Shown one piece after another: positions 27,390-39,141 of a stretch of 39,660 bases of DNA. Origin of the DNA: an uncultured bacterium. Lineage in GTDB: Bacteria; Chloroflexota; Chloroflexia; Thermomicrobiales; Thermomicrobiaceae. Each line of letters opens with the position of its first letter. Positions within the stretch are counted from its first letter, which is position 1. Position numbers and translations under genes: made by a program. The stretch lies in contig CBDIWR010000361.1 of the NCBI GenBank assembly GCA_965285975.1, positions 1 to 39,660 of the forward strand, read 5' to 3'. Below the pieces are notes generated by a model, which saw only the letters and a list, made by a program, of their open reading frames with translations, searched no databases and was not told the origin of the DNA.

Positions 27390-28396
27390 CGCGTCGCCGG
27401 GGATGGCGAGATCGGTGTTGGCGGGCATGTCTCATCCTTAGCATCCTCGCGGTCGTCCTCACTGCCTGTGGCGCTCCGGATTCCGCTCCTGAAACCGAAA
27501 ATCTGATCTCGACTGGTGCCAAGCCGGCGGGCAAACTCCTGTTTGCCCAAAATGGTGACATTTCGGTCTGGGATGGTTCAGTCAAACGCATTACCCAGGT
27601 TGGCGATGCTTCTGCGCCCCGCTGGTCGGGTGACGGCAGCCGCTTCGTGTTCGTTCGAACAGGGTATTCGACTTCCGATATTTATGTTGCCAACGCCGAC
27701 GGCGGTGATATGCAGCAGCTAACGAGCGATGAGCCGTTGCTCACGCCGGGAACGGAAGATTATGCCAAAGCCTCGGTCTGGGCGCTCGATCCAGCCTGGT
27801 CGCGCAGCGGCGAGTCGATTGTTTTCGCAAGCGACCGGGGTACCGCGAAGAACTACCTCTGGATCATCCATGGGATCGGAAACGACGCGACACAGGTCAA
27901 GGCTTCGACGGTCAACGGCGAGAACGTCGAACACCCGGATTTCTCTCCGGATGGCAGTCAGGTCGTCTTCGATCAGCGGACCGGAGCGAACGAGTCCTTT
28001 ACCGAACGGTGGACGCAGATCTGGAAAACGGATGTCGGGACCAACGAATTGACCCCGCTCGTTCAGGGGGATAAGGCAAGCTACTATCCGGCCTTCTCAC
28101 CCGATGGATCCTGGGTAGCCTTCGTCCAGCGAAATGGGAAGGCGAACGATCTCTGGGTCGTTCCCTCTGGTGGTGGAGAGCCAACCCAACTCACCACGAC
28201 GGGAGTCGTCACCGCTCCGGCCTGGTCGCCGGATGGGAAGCACATCGCCTTCTTCCAAGTGGACGGCCAATCGTTCAAGACCTCGTACGTCGAATTCAGC
28301 GTCGGCTCCGATGGCGCACCGAAGGCGAGCAAGCCGCAGGATCTCTTCAGCGCCGACGGCGCGGACGCGCCATCCGGGCTCTCCTGGGCGCCGTAG
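27386..28396 (+). CDS. TolB-like beta-propeller (PD40) lipoprotein
   Basis: Signal peptide with LTAC lipobox; repeated P.WS/FSPDG motifs. Confidence 0.85.
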   Translation: MTRRRGWRDRCWRACLILSILAVVLTACGAPDSAPETENLISTGAKPAGKLLFAQNGDISVWDGSVKRITQVGDASAPRWSGDGSRFVFVRTGYSTSDIYVANADGGDMQQLTSDEPLLTPGTEDYAKASVWALDPAWSRSGESIVFASDRGTAKNYLWIIHGIGNDATQVKASTVNGENVEHPDFSPDGSQVVFDQRTGANESFTERWTQIWKTDVGTNELTPLVQGDKASYYPAFSPDGSWVAFVQRNGKANDLWVVPSGGGEPTQLTTTGVVTAPAWSPDGKHIAFFQVDGQSFKTSYVEFSVGSDGAPKASKPQDLFSADGADAPSGLSWAP

Positions 28397-28414
28397 AGGG
28401 CCCCTACCCAAACG

Positions 28415-28468
28415 GCCCTCGCCCTTAACCCCTCTCCCAATTCTGGGAGAGGGGTTAAGGGCGAGGGC
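28415..28468. repeat. Perfect 25-bp inverted repeat (REP-like hairpin)
   Basis: GCCCTCGCCCTTAACCCCTCTCCCA-ATTC-TGGGAGAGGGGTTAAGGGCGAGGGC between convergent stops. Confidence 0.9.
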
Positions 28469-28478
28469 TGCTTCGTCG

Positions 28479-30572
28479 CTATCGTTCCGCCGGCTCAGGT
28501 AGTTGGACCTTGATATGGAGCTCTTGGAGTTGCTCCTCATCGATGGTTGAGGGGGCAGCCAGCATCAGATCCTGTGCTCCCTGGTTCTTCGGGAATGCGA
28601 TCACATCCCGGATGGTGTCCTCTCCGGCTAGCAGCATCAGTGTCCGGTCGATCCCCGGCGCGATCCCGCCGTGCGGCGGCGCACCGAACTCAAGTGCCCG
28701 CAGGAGGTGGCCAAAGCGCTCCTCGACATCATCAACACGGTAGCCCATGATCTCGAAGACTTTGGTCTGGACATCACGCTGGTGGATACGGATACTCCCA
28801 CTACCGAGCTCGACCCCGTCCAACACGATGTCGTAGGCCTTGGCACGAACGCGGCCGGGATCGATATCGAGCAACGCCAGGTCTTCATCCATCACCGCAG
28901 TGAATGGGTGATGGGCGGCATCCCAGCGCGAGCGCTCGGCTTGCCACTCGAAGAGTGGCGGTTCGACGACCCAACAGAAGGCGTGGACGCCCTGATTGAT
29001 CAGGTCGAGTTCTCGTCCGAGATGATCGCGTAGCCGACCCATGACCGGCGCTGCAGTTCCCACCTGGTCGGCGACCAGAAGCAACAGATCGCCCGGCTTC
29101 CCGCCTAGCCGCTCCGCCATTGCCGCGACTTCCTCCTGAGAGAGGAACTTGGCGATCGGCGACCGGGGGACTAGCGCGCCAGACTCGTCCGTTTCCAGCC
29201 CGATCCAGACCAGACCCTTGGCGCCGAATGATTTGACATAATTCGTGAGCCGGTCGGCATGGCTCCGGCCAATATCCGCCAGACCCGGGACCGCGATGCC
29301 GCGTACGACGCCGCCATCCGCGACGGTACCGGCAAAGACGGCGAAGCGGCTTTCAGCCACGATATCACTGACATCACCGATCTCCAGTCCGAACCGGAGA
29401 TCCGGCTTGTCAGAGCCGTAGCGGAGCATCGCTTCGGAGTAGAGGAGCCGCGGGAACGGCTTCTGGAGGATCGGCTTGTCCGAGAGGGATTCGAACATCT
29501 CGGTAAAAAATCCCTCGGTGAGCGTCATCACGTCATCCATCTCGACGAATGACATCTCAAGATCGAGTTGAGTGAACTCCGGCTGGCGGTCGGCCCGCTG
29601 GTCTTCGTCCCGGAAGCAGCGGGCGATCTGGTAATAGCGGTCCATCCCGGCGACCATCAGCAACTGCTTGAGGATCTGCGGTGACTGGGGCAGTGCGTAG
29701 AACTCGCCAGGGTAGATCCGGCTGGGCACTACGTAGTCACGGGCGCCCTCCGGCGTGCTCTTGACCAGGACCGGTGTCTCGATCTCAAGAAAGTCGCGCT
29801 CGTTGAGGTAGTTCCGAAGAAACGTCATCATCCTATGCCGCAGGATCAGGTTGTTCTGCATCCGTGGACGGCGTAGATCCAGATAACGGAATTCGAGACG
29901 TAACGACTCGTCAATCGCCACCTCTTCGTTGATGTAGAAGGGGGGCGTCCGCGATGTGTTGAGCACAATGATCTGGTCGGCATCGACCTCGATCTCGCCG
30001 GTGGCCATCGCGGGGTTTTCGGTCCCCGCCGGGCGCTTTACGACCGTGCCGGTAACTGAGACGACGAACTCGTTCCGGACCATCCTTGCGGCGTCGAACG
30101 CGTCGGCGGACAACTCCGGGTTGGCCACCACCTGGGTAATGCCGTAGCGATCGCGAACGTCGAGAAAAATGAGCCGACCATGCTCCCGGCGCCGGTTGAC
30201 CCAACCCTTGAGGGTCACGGTCTCGCCGGTGTCGTCGAGCCGGAGTTCTCCGCATGAGGCATAGCCGCGCCGCCCGGCACGTTCCAGGAGCGTGGCCTCA
30301 CCTGACACCTTCCCGTTTGGATCAACACCATCATCCGGCGTGGCGAGCAGGATGACATCCACGCCCAGCCCGCTGGCGATTCGCGACAGGACGGTGAAGG
30401 AAGGGACGCTTTGCCCGCCCTCAAGCCGCGATAGGTAGGAGACGGAGATCCCGGTGCGATTGGCCAAGCCGGCCCGCGAGATCCCCTGCTCCTCACGGAG
30501 CCGCCGGATCTTGGGGCCAATGTGCTGTCGCACCGCTTTGCGCGGCTCTGGAGCGGCAGATTGCCTGCTCAT
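28479..30572 (-). CDS. aspS: Aspartate-tRNA ligase with an N-terminal XRE HTH fusion
   Basis: [51 protein letters not shown]; first ~75 aa are an HTH_3/XRE pattern in the same open frame. Confidence 0.95.
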   Translation of the reverse strand: MSRQSAAPEPRKAVRQHIGPKIRRLREEQGISRAGLANRTGISVSYLSRLEGGQSVPSFTVLSRIASGLGVDVILLATPDDGVDPNGKVSGEATLLERAGRRGYASCGELRLDDTGETVTLKGWVNRRREHGRLIFLDVRDRYGITQVVANPELSADAFDAARMVRNEFVVSVTGTVVKRPAGTENPAMATGEIEVDADQIIVLNTSRTPPFYINEEVAIDESLRLEFRYLDLRRPRMQNNLILRHRMMTFLRNYLNERDFLEIETPVLVKSTPEGARDYVVPSRIYPGEFYALPQSPQILKQLLMVAGMDRYYQIARCFRDEDQRADRQPEFTQLDLEMSFVEMDDVMTLTEGFFTEMFESLSDKPILQKPFPRLLYSEAMLRYGSDKPDLRFGLEIGDVSDIVAESRFAVFAGTVADGGVVRGIAVPGLADIGRSHADRLTNYVKSFGAKGLVWIGLETDESGALVPRSPIAKFLSQEEVAAMAERLGGKPGDLLLLVADQVGTAAPVMGRLRDHLGRELDLINQGVHAFCWVVEPPLFEWQAERSRWDAAHHPFTAVMDEDLALLDIDPGRVRAKAYDIVLDGVELGSGSIRIHQRDVQTKVFEIMGYRVDDVEERFGHLLRALEFGAPPHGGIAPGIDRTLMLLAGEDTIRDVIAFPKNQGAQDLMLAAPSTIDEEQLQELHIKVQLPEPAER

Positions 30573-32017
30573 CGAACTGGATCTCCCTTCGTCGTCTCAC
30601 CGGCCCGGCGGCCAGCGGAGTCATGCGCGGTTCCGGTTGATTGGCTTGTGGCGAGCGAACGGCTCGCCGACCGTTCAAATCGTTGGGTCGCCGCCCGTAG
30701 TGCTCCTTCAGCGTCGATGCCGGATCTGGCCGCCGCCGCGGCAAGCGCGAAGAGTGCTTCCGCGAATTCCGGTTCGCTTGCTGGTGCCGGCCTGTCTGGC
30801 GCGCCATCTATTGTATGAACATTTGAGAGGTCGATACCGGCACGGGCGGCACGACGGATCAGCATCTGTGCCCGAGCCAGCGCGGGAAGGTCTGCCGGGA
30901 TCTTCCCGAGAGGATTCTCCTCGTCCGGATCTCCCCGTTCCCGTCGCTCCCGGCTTTTGATCTGATCCCAATTCTCCAAGACCACGCCTGCCGTCTCCGC
31001 GATAGCGTCCCCGAACACATGCGGGTGCCGGCGGATGAGCTTTGCGGTCAAGGTATCATAGATATCTTCCAGCGTGAACTGCCCGGCCTCCTCGGCCATC
31101 TGCGCGTGCAGGTAGACCTGAAGCAGGACATCTCCGAGTTCTTCTCGCATGTCATCCGGATTGCCCCGGTCGAGCGAGTCGACGGCCTCATAGGCCTCTT
31201 CGATCAAATGCCGCTTGATGCTCTGGTGCGTCTGCTCCCGGTCCCAGGGGCAGCCTCCCGGCGCACGAAGTCTGGCTACGATCTGATGCAACGCCGCGGG
31301 ATCCCGGCAGCTCTGAAGTGGATCCAGCGCTGGAAGCACGAGCATCACCACCCCGTCCGCCAGAGCCTGGTCGATCCGCGCCAATGGCACGCGGTTGAAC
31401 GGGGATTCCGCGGCGCTGGCCACTGGGATGATCTCGACCTCGGTTTCCTCCGGGTAGAGGCGTGACAGTGCCTTCCGGACCGCCGACATGACCACGGGCG
31501 AGTGGATCTGGGTCACGAGGGCAGGCCGCAGCGGGGAAAGTGGAGTGGCGCCGCCCGAGAACGGCCTCCGATCGGTCGATGCAGCCAGGTCGAGGGCGTC
31601 GAGGATCTGTAGTTGGGCGCCAGCGCCGGCTGTCAGCGTGGGCAGGAGCATATCCAGAACGTTCAGCGTCGGCACGATGTGGACCGGTACGCCGGCTTCG
31701 TCCGCCCTTTTGAGGAGGGTAGCCACGGTGGAATCACCGAACAGCGGATGCCCCGGTACGGCATAGACCAGTGGGTCCCGCTCCGATTCGGCGACCAGGA
31801 AATCGGCGATCTCAGTGGCTAGACTGCCAAAATCACCAGCCCTATCAAACCAGTCATCGAACGAGAATACCTGGCCGGGCCTCGGCAATGCCGCGACGGC
31901 CGGATGGTTCCGGGTGCGCAGGTAGGTGCGGCCGGCTGCCAATAACGTATACGCCTCAACCGAGTAATGTTTAGGGTCCCTGGTACTCAGTCCGACGATG
32001 TTAATCTCGCGCGTCAC
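30569..32017 (-). CDS. mazG: YabN-type MazG nucleoside triphosphate pyrophosphohydrolase (methylase-like N-domain plus MazG)
   Basis: [52 protein letters not shown]. Confidence 0.92.
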   Translation of the reverse strand: MTREINIVGLSTRDPKHYSVEAYTLLAAGRTYLRTRNHPAVAALPRPGQVFSFDDWFDRAGDFGSLATEIADFLVAESERDPLVYAVPGHPLFGDSTVATLLKRADEAGVPVHIVPTLNVLDMLLPTLTAGAGAQLQILDALDLAASTDRRPFSGGATPLSPLRPALVTQIHSPVVMSAVRKALSRLYPEETEVEIIPVASAAESPFNRVPLARIDQALADGVVMLVLPALDPLQSCRDPAALHQIVARLRAPGGCPWDREQTHQSIKRHLIEEAYEAVDSLDRGNPDDMREELGDVLLQVYLHAQMAEEAGQFTLEDIYDTLTAKLIRRHPHVFGDAIAETAGVVLENWDQIKSRERRERGDPDEENPLGKIPADLPALARAQMLIRRAARAGIDLSNVHTIDGAPDRPAPASEPEFAEALFALAAAAARSGIDAEGALRAATQRFERSASRSLATSQSTGTAHDSAGRRAGETTKGDPVR

Positions 32018-33852
32018 GAACTCTCACTCCGTTTCGTCCCGGCCTTCGGTTCGCTACCGATACTAAGCACGGCCATGAATGCTTCTTGTGGGATTTCGAC
32101 GCTCCCCACCATCTTCATCCGGGCCTTGCCCTCCTTTTGCTTCTCTAGCAGCTTGCGCTTCCGGGTAATATCACCGCCGTAGCATTTGGCAAGTACATTC
32201 TTTCGCATCGCCCGGATCGTCTCCCGTGCGATAATGCGGCTGCCGATCGATGCCTGGATCGGCACATCGAACATCTGACGGGGGATCAGGGTGCGCAACT
32301 GCTGGATCAACTCCCGCCCGCGATGGAACGCGTTATCCCGGTGGGTGATCATCGAGAGCGCGTCAACCGGATGGCCGTTGACCAGGATATCCAGCTTCAC
32401 CAGGTCAGCCGCGTGTCGTCCGGTGACCTGATAGTCGAGGCTGGCGTAGCCCTGGGTCCGCGACTTGAGTTGGTCGTAGAAATCGACGATCAGTTCCCCA
32501 AGCGGGACGCCGAACTTGAAGAGGACCCGGTCCTCGTCGAGATATTGCATCTCGCTGAACTCCCCACGGCGGTTCGCCAGGAGATCCATGACCGTGCCGA
32601 TATAGCGGGAGGGGGCAATAATCGATGTCTCGGCCCACGGCTCGTGGATCTCTTCGATCTCGCCAGCCGGTGGCATTTCCGACGGGTTGTCGACCAGGAT
32701 CACCGTGCCGCCCTGCTTCACGACTTCGTATTCGACGCTGGGTGCGGTTGCCAGGAGGTCGAGCTTGTACTCACGTTCGAGCCGCTCCTGGATGATCTCC
32801 ATATGCAGGAGTCCAAGAAATCCGCAGCGGAACCCAAAGCCGAGCGCGTCGGAAGACTCCGGTTCAAAGACAAGTGAGGCATCATTCAATTGGAGTCGCT
32901 CCAGTGCGTCCCGAAGTTCGGGATATTCCTCACCCTCGACCGGGTAGAGCCCGGCGAAGACCATCGGCTTGACCGGCCGGTAACCGGGGAGTGGCTGGTG
33001 TGCCGGTTGAGCGGTCAGAGTGACGGTATCGCCGACCTGGCAATCGCGCACGACCTTGAGCCCGGTGGCGATGTACCCCACCTCACCGGCGGCGAGTTCC
33101 GGTACCGGCACCATCGATGGGCGGAACATGCCGAGGTCGAGGATATCGGTCTTTTTGCCGGTTGCCATCATCAGGATCTCGTCGTCGGCTCGCAGGATGC
33201 CGTCTATGACTTTCACATAGGCGATGACCCCCTTATAGGGGTCATAGTGAGAGTCAAAGATCAAGGCCCGGAGGGGAGCCTGACGATCGCCGGCCGGGGG
33301 TGGTACCTTCTGGACGATCGCTTCGAGGATATCCTCAATGCCAATGCCGGCCTTCGCCGAGGCATAGATGATCTCGTTTTCGAGCAGCCCGATGAACTGT
33401 CCTACATCGCGGCCGACCTTCTCCGGCTGCGCGCCGGGGAGATCGATCTTGTTGATGACGGCGATGATCGCCAGATCGGCGTCGATGGCGAGGTAGACGT
33501 TCGCCATAGTCTGCGCCTCGATCCCCTGCGCGGCATCCACAACCAGCAGCGCGCCCTCACACGCGGCAAGGCTCCGGCTGACCTCGTAGGAGAAATCGAC
33601 GTGGCCGGGGGTATCAATCAGGTTCAGGACGTAGTCGTTCCCGTCCCGCGACCGGTAGTCCATCCGAACCGCGCGAGCCTTGATCGTGATGCCCTTCTCC
33701 CGCTCGAGGTCCATCGAGTCGAGGATCTGGTTCATCATGTCGCGCTCACTGACTGTCTTGGTGTGTTCAAGGAGCCGATCGGCTAGGGTGGATTTCCCAT
33801 GATCGATATGCGCGATGATGCTGAAGTTTCGAATACGTTGTTGGTCTGTCAT
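32014..33852 (-). CDS. lepA: Elongation factor 4
   Basis: [53 protein letters not shown]. Confidence 0.98.
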   Translation of the reverse strand: MTDQQRIRNFSIIAHIDHGKSTLADRLLEHTKTVSERDMMNQILDSMDLEREKGITIKARAVRMDYRSRDGNDYVLNLIDTPGHVDFSYEVSRSLAACEGALLVVDAAQGIEAQTMANVYLAIDADLAIIAVINKIDLPGAQPEKVGRDVGQFIGLLENEIIYASAKAGIGIEDILEAIVQKVPPPAGDRQAPLRALIFDSHYDPYKGVIAYVKVIDGILRADDEILMMATGKKTDILDLGMFRPSMVPVPELAAGEVGYIATGLKVVRDCQVGDTVTLTAQPAHQPLPGYRPVKPMVFAGLYPVEGEEYPELRDALERLQLNDASLVFEPESSDALGFGFRCGFLGLLHMEIIQERLEREYKLDLLATAPSVEYEVVKQGGTVILVDNPSEMPPAGEIEEIHEPWAETSIIAPSRYIGTVMDLLANRRGEFSEMQYLDEDRVLFKFGVPLGELIVDFYDQLKSRTQGYASLDYQVTGRHAADLVKLDILVNGHPVDALSMITHRDNAFHRGRELIQQLRTLIPRQMFDVPIQASIGSRIIARETIRAMRKNVLAKCYGGDITRKRKLLEKQKEGKARMKMVGSVEIPQEAFMAVLSIGSEPKAGTKRSESS

Positions 33853-33927
33853 GCTGTGTTTGCCGTGGCCCCTATCTCGATGTTGATCGATCTATGAGTA
33901 TACCGCAGTTCGTTTGCCCTTCCCACA

Positions 33928-35544
33928 TCAGCGCCGGAAGGCCGGGAGCCGGGAGCTCACACGCGAGAGTACTTGCTGGAGTTCGGGCGCCCGGAGGTAG
34001 TAGGCCGCTGTGAGATAGGCTGCCCCGGTAGCGGCGAGTGTGAGCGCGAAGGCCGCCAGAGCAGTGAATGATCGGCCGTGGCTCGGATCGGTGACCTGCG
34101 CGAGTGGTCCGGCGAACCACAACGCGACAACCCCCATGATTGACGAGGCCAGCGCGGTCCGGGTAACCGAGCTTAACAGCGTCCAACCAAGTCCGCCGAT
34201 CCGGCGATAAAGCACCGCCAACAGGATCAGCATCTCAATCGTCGTGGTGATCGAGATACTCAATGCCAGGCCGCCATGGCCGAGCCGGGGAGCGAGCAGC
34301 CAGCTCAAGGCGATATTGGCCACGATCGTGACGATCGCTGCCACGACTGGCGTCGTCGTGTCGTGCATCGCATAGAACGCTCGGGTCACCGCCTCGACGA
34401 CCGCGAACGCCGCGAGGCCGAGCGCGAAGTAGGCGAGGGCCACAGCGACGAGCCGGGTGGACTCGGCCGAGAACGACCCGAACTGGAACAAGACCTGGAT
34501 GATACTCACCCGGAACGCGAACAAGCCGACCGCGGCCGGGAGCGTCAGGAACAGCAGGGAGCCGAGCGCCCGACCGAGCGTGTGCTTGAGCTGACCCAGT
34601 TCGCGGAGTTCGAACTGGCGTGCCATGGTCGGAAAGATGACCGTCGAGAGGCTGAGTGCCAGCACGCCGTGGGGCAACATGAAGAGCTGATAGGCGTAGT
34701 TCATCGAGGAGACCCGGCTCTCGCCAAGTCGGGAGGCGAAGTTGGTCATCACGATGAAGTTCACCTGGAAGGCTGCCTGCCCGATCAAGCGCGGTGCCAT
34801 CAGCCGGGCGACCTCCCGGAGTCCTTCGGTCCGCCGGGAAAGTGAGGGGCGGAAGCGGACGCCACGCCGGATCAGCCCGGCGAATTGCAGCCCGGCGTGC
34901 CCCAACGCGCCGGCGATCACACCGACCGCAAGCCCGTACACACCCAAATGTGAAGCCAGTGCGACCGCGCCGAAGATGATACCGAGGTTGTACAAAATCG
35001 GCGCGATCGCCGGAAGAGTGAAAAGATCCTGCGCTTCGAGCATCCCCTTGGCGGCCGCCCCGAGGCCGAGAAAGAGCGGCGAGAGGAGAAGCAGCCGGGT
35101 GAGATTGGTTGCCAGTTCCTGCTGCGGCGGCTCCAACCCCGGCGCGACAATCCAGCGCATGAGGGGTCCGGCAAGTAGGAGGACCAGAACCGTGGTCGCC
35201 GCCAGCGCGACCAGCGTGTAGGTCAGCACTGCACTGGCGAGCTGCCAGGCCCGGTCATCCTCTCCCCGGCTGAGGAAACCCCCGAACACCGGGATGAAGG
35301 CCGCGCCGAAGGCGCCGCTCATGACGACCAGAAAGAGCAAGTCCGGGATGCGGAAGGCGGCGACGTAGGCATCGTAGCTGGGGGAGGTGCCGAACTGCCG
35401 GGCGATCAGGATTTCGCGCAGCATGCCAAGCAACCGGCTCGCGACGAAGGCAGCCGCGACGATGGTCGCGTTTGCCGCGACGGAGCGGCCAAGGGTGACC
35501 TTCGCGACAGAGGGACGCCGTGGGCGTCTAGGTACGGTAGTCAT
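33928..35544 (-). CDS. murJ: Lipid II flippase MurJ (MviN)
   Basis: SRLLGMLRE, DAYVAAFRIPD, AFIPVF, YAYQLFMLP.G, RAFYAMHDT.TP. Confidence 0.95.
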   Translation of the reverse strand: MTTVPRRPRRPSVAKVTLGRSVAANATIVAAAFVASRLLGMLREILIARQFGTSPSYDAYVAAFRIPDLLFLVVMSGAFGAAFIPVFGGFLSRGEDDRAWQLASAVLTYTLVALAATTVLVLLLAGPLMRWIVAPGLEPPQQELATNLTRLLLLSPLFLGLGAAAKGMLEAQDLFTLPAIAPILYNLGIIFGAVALASHLGVYGLAVGVIAGALGHAGLQFAGLIRRGVRFRPSLSRRTEGLREVARLMAPRLIGQAAFQVNFIVMTNFASRLGESRVSSMNYAYQLFMLPHGVLALSLSTVIFPTMARQFELRELGQLKHTLGRALGSLLFLTLPAAVGLFAFRVSIIQVLFQFGSFSAESTRLVAVALAYFALGLAAFAVVEAVTRAFYAMHDTTTPVVAAIVTIVANIALSWLLAPRLGHGGLALSISITTTIEMLILLAVLYRRIGGLGWTLLSSVTRTALASSIMGVVALWFAGPLAQVTDPSHGRSFTALAAFALTLAATGAAYLTAAYYLRAPELQQVLSRVSSRLPAFRR

Positions 35545-35694
35545 CGGGCGAATTGTACGTGAACTTTAGGCTGTCGTACTCAGCCGCTGCTGCTGGAAGA
35601 TCGGCGACCTATTTGCGCCAGCCGGAAGCCGTTCCCCGTGCCGCGATCACGCCGACGCGGAAACGGACCTTCGCGCGAACGGCGTTGCTGCTGG

Positions 35695-36144
35695 TTACTG
35701 CTTGGTCGGCTGTGTTTCTTCGGTGCCGAGTTGTTCCAGCAAGCTCATGAGATCCGGATACCCCCAACGCTCTACGACCTTGCCGAACGCGATGCGAACC
35801 TCATCGGTCCCGGTCATCGTGATGTGCTTGCCGGTAGGCGGGATATCCCGAAAGATTCCTTCCTGGGTTCCTTCCACGGTCCAGCGGACGGTGACCCGAT
35901 CTCCCTGGGCGATCATGTCGTCGATCTCGAAATGGCTGTCGGGAAAGGCCGAAAACCAGGCGATCATCTGCTGCTTGACGCCAGCAATTCCGGGTGGCAT
36001 CCAGGGCGGGGCCGTATGGTCGATAACATTGGGCGCTATGAAGCGATCAGCGTTATCCCAATTCCGGGCATTGATCACGTCATCGAAGATGCGGCGGACG
36101 ATAGTCTTGAGTTCGTCACGGTGTTCCTGCTCATCGACCGACAT
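35695..36144 (-). CDS. SnoaL-like ester cyclase family protein
   Basis: AFPD.HFEIDDMIAQGDRV.VRW...GT..G.F.DIPPTGK...GKVVERW; GGAG RBS. Confidence 0.88.
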   Translation of the reverse strand: MSVDEQEHRDELKTIVRRIFDDVINARNWDNADRFIAPNVIDHTAPPWMPPGIAGVKQQMIAWFSAFPDSHFEIDDMIAQGDRVTVRWTVEGTQEGIFRDIPPTGKHITMTGTDEVRIAFGKVVERWGYPDLMSLLEQLGTEETQPTKQ

Positions 36145-36345
36145 TTAGATGACTCCTTCCGCTTCACTTTTTCTGGGCCGGCTGGTGAGATTGCCGGTAC
36201 GCGTCACCGTGGCGCGCGTTGATCGAGGAGCAGGACCGGCGCCACGGTTGGCGGATTGCGAGGGGTTTCCCGATCTGCTAGACTTCCAAGGAATCCGGCG
36301 GCGATGCCGGATATTTCATGGTGATGAGCTGGAGGGATCTCACAC

Positions 36346-36615
36346 TTGCCGAACACGAAGTCCGCGGAAAAGCGTGTCCGCGTCGCCGAGCGCCGGAGGC
36401 AGCGCAACCGCCTGTTCATTTCCTCGGCGCGAACCCACGTCCGGAGAGCAGAAAAACTCATTACCCAGGGTGACGCTGAGGCCGCCGCGACTGCGGTGGG
36501 GAACGCGATCAGTACGCTGGACCGGGCGGCGGTCAAGGGAATCATTCACAAGAACAACGCCGCGCGTCGCAAGTCCCGGTTGATGGCTAAGTTCAACCGC
36601 TTGGTTCACGCCTAA
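36346..36615 (+). CDS. rpsT: 30S ribosomal protein S20
   Basis: MPNTKSAEKRVR...LDRAAVKGIIHKNNAARRKSRL; TTG start, GGAGG RBS. Confidence 0.97.
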   Translation: MPNTKSAEKRVRVAERRRQRNRLFISSARTHVRRAEKLITQGDAEAAATAVGNAISTLDRAAVKGIIHKNNAARRKSRLMAKFNRLVHA

Positions 36616-36681
36616 GCGTACAGCTGTTTCACCACACATGTGATTCTCGTCTGGCTGGTAGGGTTCGTAGAGTCCTGCCGG

Positions 36682-37701
36682 TCAGTCTCGTGTTGCCAGT
36701 TGCACTACGACACCGGCTAGGGCATCCTGAGCATCGATGTGTCCCTGCTTCGCCGCGAAATCGGTGTCGCGGAGCGCGGTAAGCGCCCAACGTACCCGTT
36801 CCAGCGAGAAGTGCCGGATACTCCGTGTCGCCTGCTGAAGCCGGGCTTCGGATAATCCGGTTTCCCCGGCCACCGCTCGGATGTCCGGTGGACCACCCTG
36901 GATGAGCAGTGCCGCGAAAGTCTCGAACTGGCCAACGAGCTGTCCGATGATCATCTCCGCTGGTGTTCCGGATATGAGCTCGCGTTCGATCTCCTGGACT
37001 GACAAGGCTGGATTCCCGGCGGCAATGGCATTCGTAAGCCCCCAGATATTGACGGCTTCCGCGCCAGGGACCAGTTCCGAGATCTGCCTGGCTGTTATTG
37101 GATTTGCGGTCCCGGCTGCGACGGCGAGCTTCGTGATCTCGGTATCAAGCCGGTACAGGTCCGGCGGCACGTCGTCGCTCCGTGGCCGGGCGGACCAACT
37201 TCCGGGAAACAGCGCTTCCAGCAGCCGTTCGGCGGAACCAGGCTCGAACTCCGCATCGTAGAGCCGGGCGCGGTTCATTGTCCAGGTCACCAGTTCTCGC
37301 CCACGCGGCACATCCAGCCGCTCGACGCGAACTTCCTGAGTGACGGTTTTCAATGCTCGTTCTTCGACGGGGCCGACCGCTTCCTCGATGACGATGAGCA
37401 TCGTTGTTGGGGGAACGTCATTCATCACGCTGATGACTTGATCGAGCGATGATCCGTCCGCGTTCTTCGCTGTACGCCGCTTCCGGCGGGTACCTCGCGC
37501 GGTGATGAGATCGCGGGCGATGACGACGCGAGTCGTGCCGAAGAACCCGATCGCGCAGCAGGCGGCACGGAGATCGCCGAGACGACCGGCCGCCTGGTCG
37601 ATAGTGGTCGTGTTGACGCCGGTTGGATCGCTCTGACTGCGGAGGAGCCGGGCTCGTTCCTGGATCTCAAGGGTGTTCGCGCCATGGAGAACCTGGATCA
37701 C
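36682..37701 (-). CDS. holA: DNA polymerase III delta subunit
   Basis: N-terminal VLHG, FFGTTRVVI, DLYRLDTEITKL, IWGLTNAI, D..AKQG; adjacent to rpsT as in many monoderm genomes. Confidence 0.85.
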   Translation of the reverse strand: MIQVLHGANTLEIQERARLLRSQSDPTGVNTTTIDQAAGRLGDLRAACCAIGFFGTTRVVIARDLITARGTRRKRRTAKNADGSSLDQVISVMNDVPPTTMLIVIEEAVGPVEERALKTVTQEVRVERLDVPRGRELVTWTMNRARLYDAEFEPGSAERLLEALFPGSWSARPRSDDVPPDLYRLDTEITKLAVAAGTANPITARQISELVPGAEAVNIWGLTNAIAAGNPALSVQEIERELISGTPAEMIIGQLVGQFETFAALLIQGGPPDIRAVAGETGLSEARLQQATRSIRHFSLERVRWALTALRDTDFAAKQGHIDAQDALAGVVVQLATRD

Positions 37702-38227
37702 CTGAACACCGACCGTTCGCGGAAATTACGCAGACAGGGCAAAACCCCACCATCGCGGTATGCAACTCGGCTTTGAACCTGCAGAAGCAGGTGGGTGCCA
37801 CAACCCCGAACCCCACGGGGTTCGCTTAGTAGCTCCCGTTAGTTAGCTCATGTTGGCTCAAAACGTTGTCATGCACTACTCACGCTGTGGGGTTTACCCG
37901 TCACCGATGGTACCACAGATCGGGAGCGAGCTTCAAATTCAGGCGGAGATGCGGCTCTGCACCTCGTTCCCGCCCCAAGGTGGGGTCCGCACGCGACGCC
38001 AACCAAGAAGTTTTGAACTTTCCGGTCTCCCGCAATTCCCCCATAGCCACGTCGTTCATCGAACCGCTCACGTCACGTTACTGACGTCCGGCTTATTGAG
38101 CGTTTCGACCGAGGCACGTTTGGTGCTTGAGAGAAGTGGGCTACCCGCAGTGCTTCGGCCGCACAGATGTGGGGAAAAACCCTGGTTGGACCGGGGATGG
38201 AGCAGCGGTAGGGATTAGGGGTGAGGA

Positions 38228-38782
38228 ATGAGTCTCAGCATATTCTTGTCGATCCTGTTTCCAGAAAACTGGTCGGAACTCTTCATCCCGAGTGTGTCTA
38301 TCCTCGAATTAGTGGTTCGTGGCTCGATCGTCTATCTTTCCCTTTACTTTGGTCTCCGGTTCGTTCTCAAGCGAGAGGCTGCCGCGATCGAGATCTCGGA
38401 TCTGCTCGTGATCGTCCTGATTGCCGATGCGGTTTCGAATGGAATGTCGGGGAGCTACAGCTCCATAACTGATGCCCTGATCCTGGCAGGGACGCTCATC
38501 GGCTGGAACTGGTTCCTTGACTATCTCGCATTCCGCTTCCCGACGATCCGGTGGATCATCCGGCCGAAGCCGCTCCTATTGATCGAAAACGGACGGTTGA
38601 TCGAGCAGAACGCGCGCCGCGAGCTCCTCACACATGATGAGATCATGGCACAACTAAGACAGCAGGGAGTCGAGCGTATTGAGGACGTTGATGAGGCCTA
38701 CATGGAGAGCAGTGGGATCATCACGGTGATCCCTCGGAAACGGTCCGGCGAAAGCAAGAAGGAACGGCAATCACCGGTTTAG
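38228..38782 (+). CDS. DUF421 (YetF-like) membrane protein
   Basis: DLLVIVLIADAVSN, P.LLIENG, LRQQGV..IEDV..AYMESSG.ITVI. Confidence 0.88.
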   Translation: MSLSIFLSILFPENWSELFIPSVSILELVVRGSIVYLSLYFGLRFVLKREAAAIEISDLLVIVLIADAVSNGMSGSYSSITDALILAGTLIGWNWFLDYLAFRFPTIRWIIRPKPLLLIENGRLIEQNARRELLTHDEIMAQLRQQGVERIEDVDEAYMESSGIITVIPRKRSGESKKERQSPV

Positions 38783-38883
38783 AGGGTGACCGTGGGAGCG
38801 ACACGGCGACCAGCTATCACGTTCTGGACTTTCGTGGACGATCAGCGCCCAGCGTGATCCTTTGCTGGAAGGCGTGCCGCTGC

Positions 38884-39141
38884 TCAGTCCGGAGTAGTGG
38901 GCTCGTTGCTGGATGACCGGTTCACATCTTGACGAAACTTTTGCCAGAGCCGTTCCTCGGCTTCCTTCTCCGCAATGGTGCGGGCATGCTGCGCCTCGTC
39001 AACCCGCTCTTTGATGAGGCGTTGCAGTTGCGGGCCGGACTGAGGAGCGAGGAGGGCGGCCGCAGCCGCACCGGCCGCTGCGCCGAGCAGTCCTCCGCCG
39101 GCAAAGTTCGCCAATCTCAACAGGACATTCTTCACGGTCAT
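38884..39141 (-). CDS. YtxH-like protein
   Basis: GGLLGAAAGAAAAALLAPQSGPQLQ followed by a charged helix; 4-nt overlap with the upstream gene. Confidence 0.8.
   Translation of the reverse strand: MTVKNVLLRLANFAGGGLLGAAAGAAAAALLAPQSGPQLQRLIKERVDEAQHARTIAEKEAEERLWQKFRQDVNRSSSNEPTTPD

Noticed and set aside
32323-35221. Long plus-strand ORFs opposite lepA and murJ
   Set aside because: Antisense shadows typical of high-GC coding DNA
37730-37830. c-di-GMP-I riboswitch-like GGGCAAAACC and hairpin CGAACCC-CACG-GGGTTCG
   Set aside because: The GNRA-capped stem and GACGCAAA elements are absent; an isolated short hairpin is not enough
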